IMG/VR virus record: IMGVR_UViG_3300022693_000736
Coordinates: 1-35,978 of that record
Direction: 5' to 3' (one strand)
From: a virus
DNA length: 35,978 bases
Below, one piece after another: positions 8,493-15,781 of this stretch; the stretch's first letter is position 1, and each line of letters starts with the position of its first letter. The notes under the pieces are model-generated. The model saw nothing but the letters and a program-made list of their open reading frames with translations, was not told the origin of the DNA and did not search any database. The translations under genes were made by a program, and so were the position numbers.

Positions 8493-8521
8493 GCCGTTAT
8501 TTAACAGATAACGGCTTTTTT
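8493..8521 (+). terminator. Plus-oriented intrinsic-terminator-like hairpin overlapping the stop codon of the minus-strand Dam gene.
   Basis: gccgttat (8493..8500) / ataacggc (8508..8515), a 7-nt loop, then six T (8516..8521). There is no U-run when read on the minus strand. Confidence 0.5.
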
Positions 8522-9050
8522 ATTTCCCGTATAGTTCAGATTTAGTAATATAACTCGTTATTCTTGCGCCAATCTTAAACGGATTAAATATAAGAATAAA
8601 CTGCGCTTTATTATTTCCGTTTATCGGTTTACCTTCTTCATTTAAAAAAGCTAATCTTCCGCTTGAATATCCGCCGCCTTCTTTTTTATCAGCTATTACA
8701 TTTCTAATTTCACTAACACCTTTTAAGGCTTCAGCGAACCAACCAACGCTATGATCAGCATTAAGAAGCATAACCACACCTAAACCGTTTAATTGTGCCT
8801 GTAATGATTGTTTTACCCACGGCATAGGGTTTGAATAAGGACAATTTAGCCAAACATATCGTAAATATGTAGCTTCATAATAAAGATTAATCCTTTCAGC
8901 CCAATCAAAACTTAAACTATCCTCCTTCTCAGTAAATCCCCAATCACAAAGTTTATTTTCATTACTGCAAGCCATATCAGCCACAAATGAAAATTCTTTA
9001 TTTAATGTGTTGAATACCGTTGGTGGAGTTTTCCATAAATCGTTAGCCAT
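8520..9050 (-). CDS. Phage Dam-type DNA N6-adenine methyltransferase.
   Basis: 'LWKTPPTVFNTLNKEFSFVADMACS...VWLNCPYSNPMPWV...GRLAF' follows the pattern of the phage N6-adenine methyltransferase family, with NCPY in place of NPPY. Confidence 0.8.
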   Translation of the reverse strand: MANDLWKTPPTVFNTLNKEFSFVADMACSNENKLCDWGFTEKEDSLSFDWAERINLYYEATYLRYVWLNCPYSNPMPWVKQSLQAQLNGLGVVMLLNADHSVGWFAEALKGVSEIRNVIADKKEGGGYSSGRLAFLNEEGKPINGNNKAQFILIFNPFKIGARITSYITKSELYGK

Positions 9051-9052
9051 AA

Positions 9053-9361
9053 TTATTCCGCCCTTAATGCTTTGAATTGATCTTCGTTATAATCACCGCG
9101 AAGAATTTTGATCAATAATCTAACTCCGCGAAAATATCGACTATCACCGCGAATATTAAATTTACCGGTAGAAGGCCAAAAATCAGCAATACGGCCTTTG
9201 TGACTAACTATTAAGTGAACGCCATCATTTTTGCTAACGTAATTAATCCCATTTTTACCAAGCATAATCATTGAACCATTCATATTATTACGCTTGCGAC
9301 ATTTAGATTCGTGCGCTCGATGTTCTTTTGTTGCTTTGAATATTTCGCCAATTTCACTCAT
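9053..9361 (-). CDS. Hypothetical early protein.
   Basis: The track ORF starts at 9367 (MIMSE..). The second ATG at 9361 has SD AAGGA at 6-nt spacing. The motif 'ADFWPSTGKF' is seen in other phage proteins of unknown function. Confidence 0.6.
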   Translation of the reverse strand: MSEIGEIFKATKEHRAHESKCRKRNNMNGSMIMLGKNGINYVSKNDGVHLIVSHKGRIADFWPSTGKFNIRGDSRYFRGVRLLIKILRGDYNEDQFKALRAE

Positions 9362-9389
9362 AATCATTCCTTATCTAATAGGGTTAAAT

Positions 9390-9578
9390 TCATGCGAAAA
9401 AATGCGTAACTGACAATTCAATCATCGTAATGGGATGTACAAAAGCAACCTCATCGCCTCCTGCATAAACCCAAAACATAGCTCGCATCTCGTGACCACC
9501 TTCAAGCTTTACCTTGTACTTATTTTTATGTACTAGCTTTGGGTGAATTATAATATTGCAGTTTTTTATCCATTCCAT
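9390..9578 (-). CDS. Hypothetical early protein.
   Basis: 62-aa ORF preceded by the TTAGATAAGGAA leader. Confidence 0.5.
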   Translation of the reverse strand: MEWIKNCNIIIHPKLVHKNKYKVKLEGGHEMRAMFWVYAGGDEVAFVHPITMIELSVTHFFA

Positions 9579-9599
9579 TTTGTTTCTTCCTTATCTAAA

Positions 9600-9749
9600 T
9601 TAATCATCTTTACCTTGACACCAGCACCTACCGCAAACCCTACTACTAACATCTCTATCGCTTCCGCAGTATTTGCACTTACAGAACCAGCCGATAATGA
9701 AATATATCGACACTAGAACTACGCATAAAATAAAACTATCTAAAAGCAT
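9600..9749 (-). CDS. Small membrane-anchored Cys-rich protein of 49 aa, below the ORF-track cutoff.
   Basis: Hand translation gives MLLDSFILCVVLVSIYFIIGWFCKCKYCGSDRDVSSRVCGRCWCQGKDD*. The AAGGAA SD lies 8 nt upstream inside the repeated leader motif. Confidence 0.45.
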   Translation of the reverse strand: MLLDSFILCVVLVSIYFIIGWFCKCKYCGSDRDVSSRVCGRCWCQGKDD

Positions 9750-9761
9750 TTTGTCTATTCC

Positions 9762-10052
9762 TTATCTAATTAATCCGAAAACTGGGTCTGTACCTATGGA
9801 AGCTGGGTTTGTTCCAGCATAAACTTGCATGTGACCAACAAAAATAACAACGCCTTCTTTTTCTAAAGCTAAAAATATTTTATAAATAGACTCTTCATTT
9901 GTTCGCATACCACATTTATATAAATGGCCATCCATTCTTTCAGTGGTATAGTCGTTACTTGAATTAGCAAGTAAATCAATCATTGCTAACCGCACATTAA
10001 CCTTGCTGTTTTGTGCTTTGATATATTTTTTACGAAGTAATTTAATACTCAT
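9762..10052 (-). CDS. Hypothetical early protein, possibly winged-helix.
   Basis: The track ORF starts at 10058 (MIMSI..). The second ATG at 10052 has GAGGA at 6-nt spacing. The context 'GGAATGATTATGAGT' is the same as at 9361. Confidence 0.55.
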   Translation of the reverse strand: MSIKLLRKKYIKAQNSKVNVRLAMIDLLANSSNDYTTERMDGHLYKCGMRTNEESIYKIFLALEKEGVVIFVGHMQVYAGTNPASIGTDPVFGLIR

Positions 10053-10061
10053 AATCATTCC

Positions 10062-10853
10062 TCAATTTTTAATTCGTAACTTAAAATTATCAGCCCAAGT
10101 ACGATCATCAAGATCAACTCCGTCTCTACCAATTGATTTTTGTTTTACCTTTTCATCAAGAAAGCTTTCAAGCTTTTCACCAGTACGACAAATAAGCTCA
10201 ATATCATTAAAAGGCTTTTGCCTATCATTTTGCCCCATAGAAAACGGATCGTTACGGCAACCATCAATAGCCGCTTTAATTTGATCAAATGTATAACCAT
10301 CTTTTAATCGGTTTTTAATCGCTTTATCTCTTTTTGCTGTGAGTTTGGTAGAAGAAATATTCTTCTTCATTACATCACACCAATAACGGAATATTTCGAA
10401 AGTAAGGTTAGCTTTAGGTGATGAAGTTACTATTTCTTTTTCATTATTATCATTCTTAACATTCTTGTTAGTGGTTATCCGTTGGTTGCTCGTTGGTTGC
10501 TCGTTGGTTGCTCGTTGGTTACTGGTTGGTTGATCTTCGGGTTTGTCTTGATATAAATCCCAATTATTTATATATATAACAGTATGTTGCGCTGTTGTTT
10601 TGATGGTTATATCGTTGGTTGATTTTAATTTATTTAAAGATGTCCTTACCTGCTGCCTTGTTAAACCTGTCTCTTCAGATAATTTAACTTGAGAAGTGAG
10701 TTTTTCACCTTTTTTTATTAAAACGCCACGCCACTTTTTATCCTTGTGGTTAGCAATTAAAAGCAAATGGATAAATAAACGAGACGTGTTTATATCCTCG
10801 TACCATTCCCAATCTAATAATTGTCTGTGTAGCTTTACCCAGCCTAATGACAT
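10062..10853 (-). CDS. Replication initiator / replisome-organiser-like protein with an N-terminal wHTH and a conserved phage C-terminal domain.
   Basis: N-terminus 'WVKLHRQLLDWEWYED...LFIHLLLIANHKDKKWRG...LSEETGLTRQQVRTSLNKL'. C-terminus 'LTAKRDKAIKNRLKDGYTFDQIKAAIDGCRNDPF...ELICRTGEKLESFLD' resembles the phage conserved C-terminus found in replication proteins. Confidence 0.65.
   Translation of the reverse strand: MSLGWVKLHRQLLDWEWYEDINTSRLFIHLLLIANHKDKKWRGVLIKKGEKLTSQVKLSEETGLTRQQVRTSLNKLKSTNDITIKTTAQHTVIYINNWDLYQDKPEDQPTSNQRATNEQPTSNQRITTNKNVKNDNNEKEIVTSSPKANLTFEIFRYWCDVMKKNISSTKLTAKRDKAIKNRLKDGYTFDQIKAAIDGCRNDPFSMGQNDRQKPFNDIELICRTGEKLESFLDEKVKQKSIGRDGVDLDDRTWADNFKLRIKN
10469..10623. 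repeat. Iteron array plus AT-rich tract: candidate origin of replication inside the initiator gene.
   Basis: The 11-bp unit cgttggttgct occurs exactly at 10480..10490, 10491..10501 and 10502..10512, with degenerate copies at 10513..10523 and 10524..10534. An AT-rich run lies at about 10548..10582. A related 'ggttat..cgttggttga' copy lies at 10601..10622. Confidence 0.6.
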
Positions 10854-10882
10854 AAAATAATTCTCGACATAGAAATTTAATT

Positions 10883-10914
10883 AGTGCGCTTACTTTGACG
10901 GTGGCGCATTTTTT
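10883..10914 (+). terminator. Plus-oriented terminator-like hairpin overlapping the stop codon of the minus-strand HTH gene.
   Basis: agtgcgc (10883..10889) pairs with gcgcatt (10904..10910) with one G-U pair and a 14-nt loop. The T-run spans 10909..10914. Confidence 0.4.
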
Positions 10915-11107
10915 ATTCGCTTTCTATTTTTAGTTTTAATCCGACAGAAGATAGAACAGTGATAACATCAGCAATTTTTGCGCTAGTGTCACCCTTCCAA
11001 ACCCTGACAGTTCTTTCATAAGAAAGGCCACAATGATCAGCCATTGCCACAACTCCACCGATACTGTTATCAATAGCGGCTTTTTGAACTGCTTCACTTA
11101 ATTTCAT
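10913..11107 (-). CDS. Cro-like small HTH regulator, the first gene of the leftward operon.
   Basis: 'VVAMADHCGLSYERTVRVWKG' is HTH-like. The track start is 11113, but the ATG at 11107 has better SD spacing (AAGGG). Confidence 0.5.
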   Translation of the reverse strand: MKLSEAVQKAAIDNSIGGVVAMADHCGLSYERTVRVWKGDTSAKIADVITVLSSVGLKLKIESE

Positions 11108-11144
11108 ACTCATTACCCTTTAATAAATGTTTTTTGATAACTAT

Positions 11145-11173
11145 AATTTAAACCGTTATTTATAATTTGTCAA
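11145..11173 (-). promoter_or_regulatory. Candidate sigma70-type leftward early promoter.
   Basis: The reverse complement gives TTGACA (11173..11168), a 17-nt spacer, then TAAATT (11150..11145). Confidence 0.35.
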
Positions 11174-11226
11174 ATCCTACAATCAATAAAGATAATTCTT
11201 GATTTGTACAATCATCATGCTACTAT
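11167..11226 (+). promoter_or_regulatory. Two candidate tandem sigma70-type rightward promoters with repeated TACAATCA boxes.
   Basis: First: TTGTCA (11167..11172), 18 nt, GATAAT (11191..11196). Second: TTGATT (11199..11204), 16 nt, TACTAT (11221..11226). TACAATCA occurs at 11178..11185 and 11207..11214. Confidence 0.35.
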
Positions 11227-11256
11227 TAATCACATCAATAACAAGTAGGAATTAAA

Positions 11257-11439
11257 GTGACCGATTCAAATATGCCAACTGATAAGCATGAAGCAAGAAT
11301 TTATTTAAAAGGTAAAAAACAGGCTTGTATTGAATTGGCCGCTGCAATTATCGAACATGACATGAAAACAACAAGCCAAATATCAGGACTTGTTTTTAAT
11401 GAAATTGAAGAATTAGATCGACAATTAGAATCTTATTAA
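11257..11439 (+). CDS. Hypothetical protein, the first gene of the rightward operon.
   Basis: 60-aa ORF with a GTG start and SD 'aggaa' 6 nt upstream. Confidence 0.5.
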   Translation: MTDSNMPTDKHEARIYLKGKKQACIELAAAIIEHDMKTTSQISGLVFNEIEELDRQLESY

Positions 11440-11453
11440 AGGAGTTACGCAGA

Positions 11454-12215
11454 ATGCCAAAAAATAATGAATTAGTTATAAATGAACATCAAAACTCAAT
11501 ACCTGTAATGGCTGAGCCTCACATGCGATTAATTGAAATGGCTGTCAGTAGTGGTGCTGACATTGTGCAGCTTGAAAAGCTTATGGGACTTCAAGAGCGT
11601 TATGAAGCAAATCAGGCTAAAAAGCAATTTAACCATTCAATGTCTATTTTTCAAAGTTCTTTACCGGTAATTGAAAAGAAAGGAAATGTTCATTACGAAT
11701 CATCAAAAGGAATAACCGATTATAATTATGCAAAGCTTGAAGATATCGCCCAAGCAATAAGGCCAGCATTAAAAGAAAGCGGTTTATCTTATCGTTTTAC
11801 CCAAGAGCAAAGCAACAATCAAATCAAGGTCACTTGTATTGTTACTGGCATTGATGGTCATTCAGAAGAAAGCTCTTTACATTCAAACCCTGATATAAGC
11901 GGCGGCAAAGACCCACTAAAAGCCCTTGCTTCAGCTATCAGTTATTTACGCCGTTACACATTAACCGGATTGCTTGGGATTGTTGTAGGTGGTGAAGATG
12001 ATGAAGGCGGTGAAGGTGGTTTTGGTGAATCAACATCAAAAGAAGAACAAAACATTTATCCTGATGATGCTTTTGCTTCTGTATTCCCTAAATGGGAAAA
12101 GTTAATTTTAGACGGTAAAAAAACACCGGATGAAATAATACAACGTGGAAATAAAAACAACATATTATTCTCTGAAGATCAATTAAATAAAATTAGAAAG
12201 GTAGGTAAAGCATAA
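11454..12215 (+). CDS. ERF-family single-strand annealing protein.
   Basis: 'YNYAKLEDIAQAIRPALKESGLSYRF' and 'ALASAISYLRRYTLTGLLGI' match ERF family patterns. The C-terminal tail is acidic and Gly-rich. SD 'aggag' is present. Confidence 0.75.
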   Translation: MPKNNELVINEHQNSIPVMAEPHMRLIEMAVSSGADIVQLEKLMGLQERYEANQAKKQFNHSMSIFQSSLPVIEKKGNVHYESSKGITDYNYAKLEDIAQAIRPALKESGLSYRFTQEQSNNQIKVTCIVTGIDGHSEESSLHSNPDISGGKDPLKALASAISYLRRYTLTGLLGIVVGGEDDEGGEGGFGESTSKEEQNIYPDDAFASVFPKWEKLILDGKKTPDEIIQRGNKNNILFSEDQLNKIRKVGKA

Positions 12216-13957
12216 TGAAAGCATATAAAATTTTAGATTTAATTCAAGGAACGGATAACTGGAAAGAAGCCAGATTAAATTTTCTTTGTGCTAGTGAAGC
12301 GCCAGCCGTAATGAATAAATCAAAGTTCATGAGCAGAAATCAACTTTTAGATTTAAAAAAAGGTTGGGTATCAAATCCTAATTCATCATTTAAAGAAATG
12401 CTTTTTGAAAAAGGCCATGAACACGAAGCTCAGGCTAGACCGATATTTGAATTTGAAGAATGTGAGGATTTCCCCCCAATAGTGGCATCATTTGAAGTTG
12501 TTATTGATGGTGAACACATTACATTACTTGCTTCTTTTGATGGTCTTGGTGAAGATTCCGGTAGAGTTTGGGAGCATAAAGAATGGAATTCAACTTTAGC
12601 TGAAAATATCAGAAACGGTGTTTTAGAAGCTTTGTATTATTGGCAATTGGAACATCAAATGTTAGTTGCTGGCGTTAAAGAAGCTATAATCACTTGCTCT
12701 GATGGTACTGAAACAAATCGAGTTTCAATGATTTATCAATCTATCCCTAAGCGCCGTAAAGATTTAATAGCTGGATGTAAACAATTTCTTATTGATCTTG
12801 ATAATCATGTTATCGAAGCCAAGCAAGAAGTTATCGTTGCCAAAAAAGCCGAATCATTCCCTTTAATAACTTTTGATGTTACTGGTACAGAAATAACTAC
12901 AAACATCAGCCAAGTATTAATTGAAATTTCAGATCGTGCAGAAGTTGAAATGAATCGAACGCTTGAAACTGATCAAGACTTTGCCGACAAAGATAAACTC
13001 AATAAAGCCACCAAACAAGCAAGGGCTGATTTAAAAGTATTAATTAACGATGTGCAAGGCCGTTTTGTTAGCTACTCTGAATTTGCCACTGTTGCCGCTG
13101 ATATTGATGAAGTTCTTCAGAAGATGCAAAGCCAAGGTGAAAAGCAAGTAAAAACGGCTAAAGATGCTAAGAAAAAATCAATTGAACAAGTTGCATTGAT
13201 TGAAGTTAATGATCACGCTATTTTGATATCTAAGGTTATAGCGCCTATTTTGGTTAGTTCTGTAATGGATTGTGGTGTTGATTTTGCTTCAGCAATGAAA
13301 AACAAACGAACAATTGAAAGTTTACAAAATGCGGTTGATGGTGTTGTTGCTGAATTTAAAGTTTACTCAAATGAAATTAAAGACAAAGTTGTCATTAATT
13401 TATCAACGCTTCGTGAACTTGCCGGTGAATATGAATTTTTGTTTATGGATTCGGGGGAATTGGTAAAGAAAGAAAATGAAGATCTTGTTGCTGTCATTAA
13501 AAATCGTATCAATGAACATAAAGAAGCTGAAGCTAAAAAACTTGCTGAGCAAAAAGAAAAAATCGAGCTTGAAGCTAAAGAAAAGGCTGAACGTGAAGCG
13601 GCGGCTAAACTTAAAATTGAAGCACAAGTAATACGTGATGAAGAACGTAAAAAGGTAGAAGCCGAACAAAAAGAAATTGCCGATAAATTAGCACAAGAGC
13701 AATTAAATAAAACAGTAGAAAAAAATGTTATGGCTGAACTTCCTGAAGTTGTTCAAGAAAAAAAGCCAGTTGAACAGCGTTTATCTGATCGCTTTGATGG
13801 TAGCCATAGTGTTCATAGCAAAAAGTCAGAACCATTAACAGATAAAGAAATTATATTTAATAAACTTAAAAAAGAATTAGATTTTTGGGCTAGTGAATAT
13901 CACATTGATGATTTTGCCATTCGTGATTTAAGAATGCTTATTAAAAAGTATTTGTAA
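12215..13957 (+). CDS. YqaJ/lambda-exonuclease-like recombination exonuclease fused to a long C-terminal extension ending in a Lys/Glu-rich coiled coil.
   Basis: N-terminus 'QGTDNWKEARLNFLCASEAPAVM...EKGHEHEAQARPIFE...WEHKEW' is the YqaJ pattern. Residues 200..420 resemble DUF1351-type phage proteins. 'KEAEAKKLAEQKEKIELEAKEKAEREAAAKLK' is a coiled coil. Confidence 0.75.
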   Translation: MKAYKILDLIQGTDNWKEARLNFLCASEAPAVMNKSKFMSRNQLLDLKKGWVSNPNSSFKEMLFEKGHEHEAQARPIFEFEECEDFPPIVASFEVVIDGEHITLLASFDGLGEDSGRVWEHKEWNSTLAENIRNGVLEALYYWQLEHQMLVAGVKEAIITCSDGTETNRVSMIYQSIPKRRKDLIAGCKQFLIDLDNHVIEAKQEVIVAKKAESFPLITFDVTGTEITTNISQVLIEISDRAEVEMNRTLETDQDFADKDKLNKATKQARADLKVLINDVQGRFVSYSEFATVAADIDEVLQKMQSQGEKQVKTAKDAKKKSIEQVALIEVNDHAILISKVIAPILVSSVMDCGVDFASAMKNKRTIESLQNAVDGVVAEFKVYSNEIKDKVVINLSTLRELAGEYEFLFMDSGELVKKENEDLVAVIKNRINEHKEAEAKKLAEQKEKIELEAKEKAEREAAAKLKIEAQVIRDEERKKVEAEQKEIADKLAQEQLNKTVEKNVMAELPEVVQEKKPVEQRLSDRFDGSHSVHSKKSEPLTDKEIIFNKLKKELDFWASEYHIDDFAIRDLRMLIKKYL

Positions 13958-14009
13958 TTCAATCGGCGGTGTAACAGTCGCCACAACTAAAATTAAAGGT
14001 AATGGAACC

Positions 14010-14156
14010 ATGAATATTAAAGAACTTTTAACAGAAAACGCAAAGCTTAGAAATCAAATCATAGATAATGTGATTATGCATGTACGGGAGATGAACAAGC
14101 TTATTAATGAAAATAAATCATTAAAAACCGTAACTGATAATAATATTATCATTTAA
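14010..14156 (+). CDS. Possible small coiled-coil protein of 48 aa, below the ORF-track cutoff.
   Basis: Hand translation gives MNIKELLTENAKLRNQIIDNVIMHVREMNKLINENKSLKTVTDNNIII*. The SD is weak. Confidence 0.3.
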   Translation: MNIKELLTENAKLRNQIIDNVIMHVREMNKLINENKSLKTVTDNNIII

Positions 14157-14219
14157 TTTAACGAATGGTACCGTAACCAATTACGGCACCAAAACCTTAA
14201 CTACTCAGGAGAGTATAAA

Positions 14220-14627
14220 ATGTCTAATGAAAGAAAAACTAATGTAGCTGACTTTGTAGGCGAATGTAACGCTGGTATTTTAATGGAAAAGCTAGGCGTG
14301 GCTTTAAGTGATGCGGCAATGTCACAGCTCAATCACGGCATTGGTAGCAAGAAAGCCAAAGTATCACTTGAATTCACGTTCCAACAAATGGGTGACAACG
14401 AGCAAGTTATCGTTTCTCACAAACTAACAACCAGCAACCCGACTAAACGCGGCAAGAAGTTTGAAGAAGATATTACTGATACGGTGTTTTTTGTCGGGAA
14501 AGGTGGTCAATTAACTATCGATCAACCGAAAGAAGATGATAATGGTCAATTTGCTCTTAACCAGGAAAATGTTAATAAAGAAACTGGCGAAATTAAATCT
14601 TCAAATGTTCGCCGCTTAGTAAACTAA
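14220..14627 (+). CDS. Hypothetical protein.
   Basis: 135-aa ORF with a strong SD 'caggagag' 7 nt upstream. Confidence 0.65.
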   Translation: MSNERKTNVADFVGECNAGILMEKLGVALSDAAMSQLNHGIGSKKAKVSLEFTFQQMGDNEQVIVSHKLTTSNPTKRGKKFEEDITDTVFFVGKGGQLTIDQPKEDDNGQFALNQENVNKETGEIKSSNVRRLVN

Positions 14628-14686
14628 TAAAAACGCCAGTGTAAAAACTGGCACAACCTTAAATTTTAATTAAAAGAGTAATAATT

Positions 14687-15508
14687 ATGTCAATGACAAA
14701 AGAAGCAATCCAGCACTTAGAAAAAACCGTTTTACTTAATGATGTAAACAAAGAACTATCAAAAATCAAAACTAAATCTAATTTATTAGTAGTTCCTGAT
14801 GGTTTTATAGTCAAAAATATTGAATCAAGTATGCCAAACCGTGATTCATACCGCTTTTCTTTTGCCACAAAGTCAATTAAAGACTTTGGTGAATACTGTA
14901 AAGAGTTCGACAAAGAAGGTGCTAAATGTTTTGTTAATTCTGATCGAATGAATGCTAATACAATATTTGATCTTGGTACTGAAGAAAATCCACTCCATCA
15001 ACATCACAATGCTAAATTACAACTTGATAAAACCGCAGCATTTAAAGCATTGTTGAATATCAACGGTCAACATCTTAGCCAAAAAGAAGCGGCTAATTTT
15101 GTTGATGATTGGGCTGATAATATTCAGGTTATTTCTAAAGATGGTGCACCTATGGAAATTAGCCAAGCAGTTAAACAGCTTCGTGAAATTACTATTGAAC
15201 AAGTATCTAACCTAGATAGTAAAGTTGATAATTTTGGTGAATCAATGAGCACATTTGAAAAAATTGAAGCTAAAAATCAAGAGTTAATTCCGGCTACAAT
15301 TGAATTCACTTGTTCGCCTTATCACGGCTTAGATGAACGAGCTTTTATAGTTCGCGTTGCTATCTTAACGGGTGGTCAAAAACCAGAGATAAGCCTTCGT
15401 ATTATTAAGCTTGAAGCGCAAGAAGAAGACATGGCTGAAGAGTTTAAAGAAATCCTCGTTAAAACTTTCAAAGCATCGAAACTTAAAACGTTTATTGGCG
15501 AAGGCTAA
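14687..15508 (+). CDS. DUF2303 / YfdQ-like protein, a family often found in phage recombination modules.
   Basis: The size (273 aa), the position after the annealase and exonuclease genes, and the general sequence character fit. The family assignment is from memory only. Confidence 0.5.
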   Translation: MSMTKEAIQHLEKTVLLNDVNKELSKIKTKSNLLVVPDGFIVKNIESSMPNRDSYRFSFATKSIKDFGEYCKEFDKEGAKCFVNSDRMNANTIFDLGTEENPLHQHHNAKLQLDKTAAFKALLNINGQHLSQKEAANFVDDWADNIQVISKDGAPMEISQAVKQLREITIEQVSNLDSKVDNFGESMSTFEKIEAKNQELIPATIEFTCSPYHGLDERAFIVRVAILTGGQKPEISLRIIKLEAQEEDMAEEFKEILVKTFKASKLKTFIGEG

Positions 15509-15528
15509 CCAATAACTAAACCATATTC

Positions 15529-15551
15529 AATCGGCTTAATTGCCGATTTTT
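15529..15551 (+). terminator. Rho-independent terminator ending the recombination operon.
   Basis: aatcggc (15529..15535) / gccgatt (15542..15548), loop ttaatt, with the T-run continuing to 15551. Confidence 0.65.
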
Positions 15552-15587
15552 GGGTGAAACACATCAAACATTAACAAAGGTATTAAA

Positions 15588-15779
15588 TTGAAGATAACCC
15601 AAATCACATTTATATCGAAAAACAAAAAATGCATTAGTATTAAACCTAAGCGCTTTATATTTAATACTGAAAATCATGAAATAGCTTTGGAAGTTGCAAG
15701 CCAGCTTTTAAGTAAAGAAAAGCATTGTGAAAAATACAGAGCTTTACCACCAATAACACTAATAGTACACGAGGTTTAA
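15588..15779 (+). CDS. Hypothetical protein.
   Basis: 63-aa ORF with a TTG start and 'aaagg' upstream. Confidence 0.4.
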   Translation: MKITQITFISKNKKCISIKPKRFIFNTENHEIALEVASQLLSKEKHCEKYRALPPITLIVHEV

Positions 15780-15781
15780 CA

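Noticed and set aside
10480-10534. A tandem repeat that could be mistaken for a mini CRISPR array or a simple satellite.
   Set aside because: The units are 11 bp and contiguous with no spacers, and they lie inside a replication-initiator gene. They are interpreted as iterons instead (see findings).
10913-11256. A possible lysogeny module (CI/Cro switch).
   Set aside because: Only one small HTH gene is present. No CI-like repressor, integrase, excisionase or attP-like feature was recognised anywhere in the genome, so a temperate lifestyle cannot be claimed.
13957-13967. The 11-mer attcaatcggc follows the stop codon of both the exonuclease gene (13957..13967) and the DUF2303-like gene (15525..15535).
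   Set aside because: Only the second copy forms a convincing terminator. The first forms at most a 4-bp stem with no T-run. Two copies of an 11-mer are too little to call a regulatory motif.
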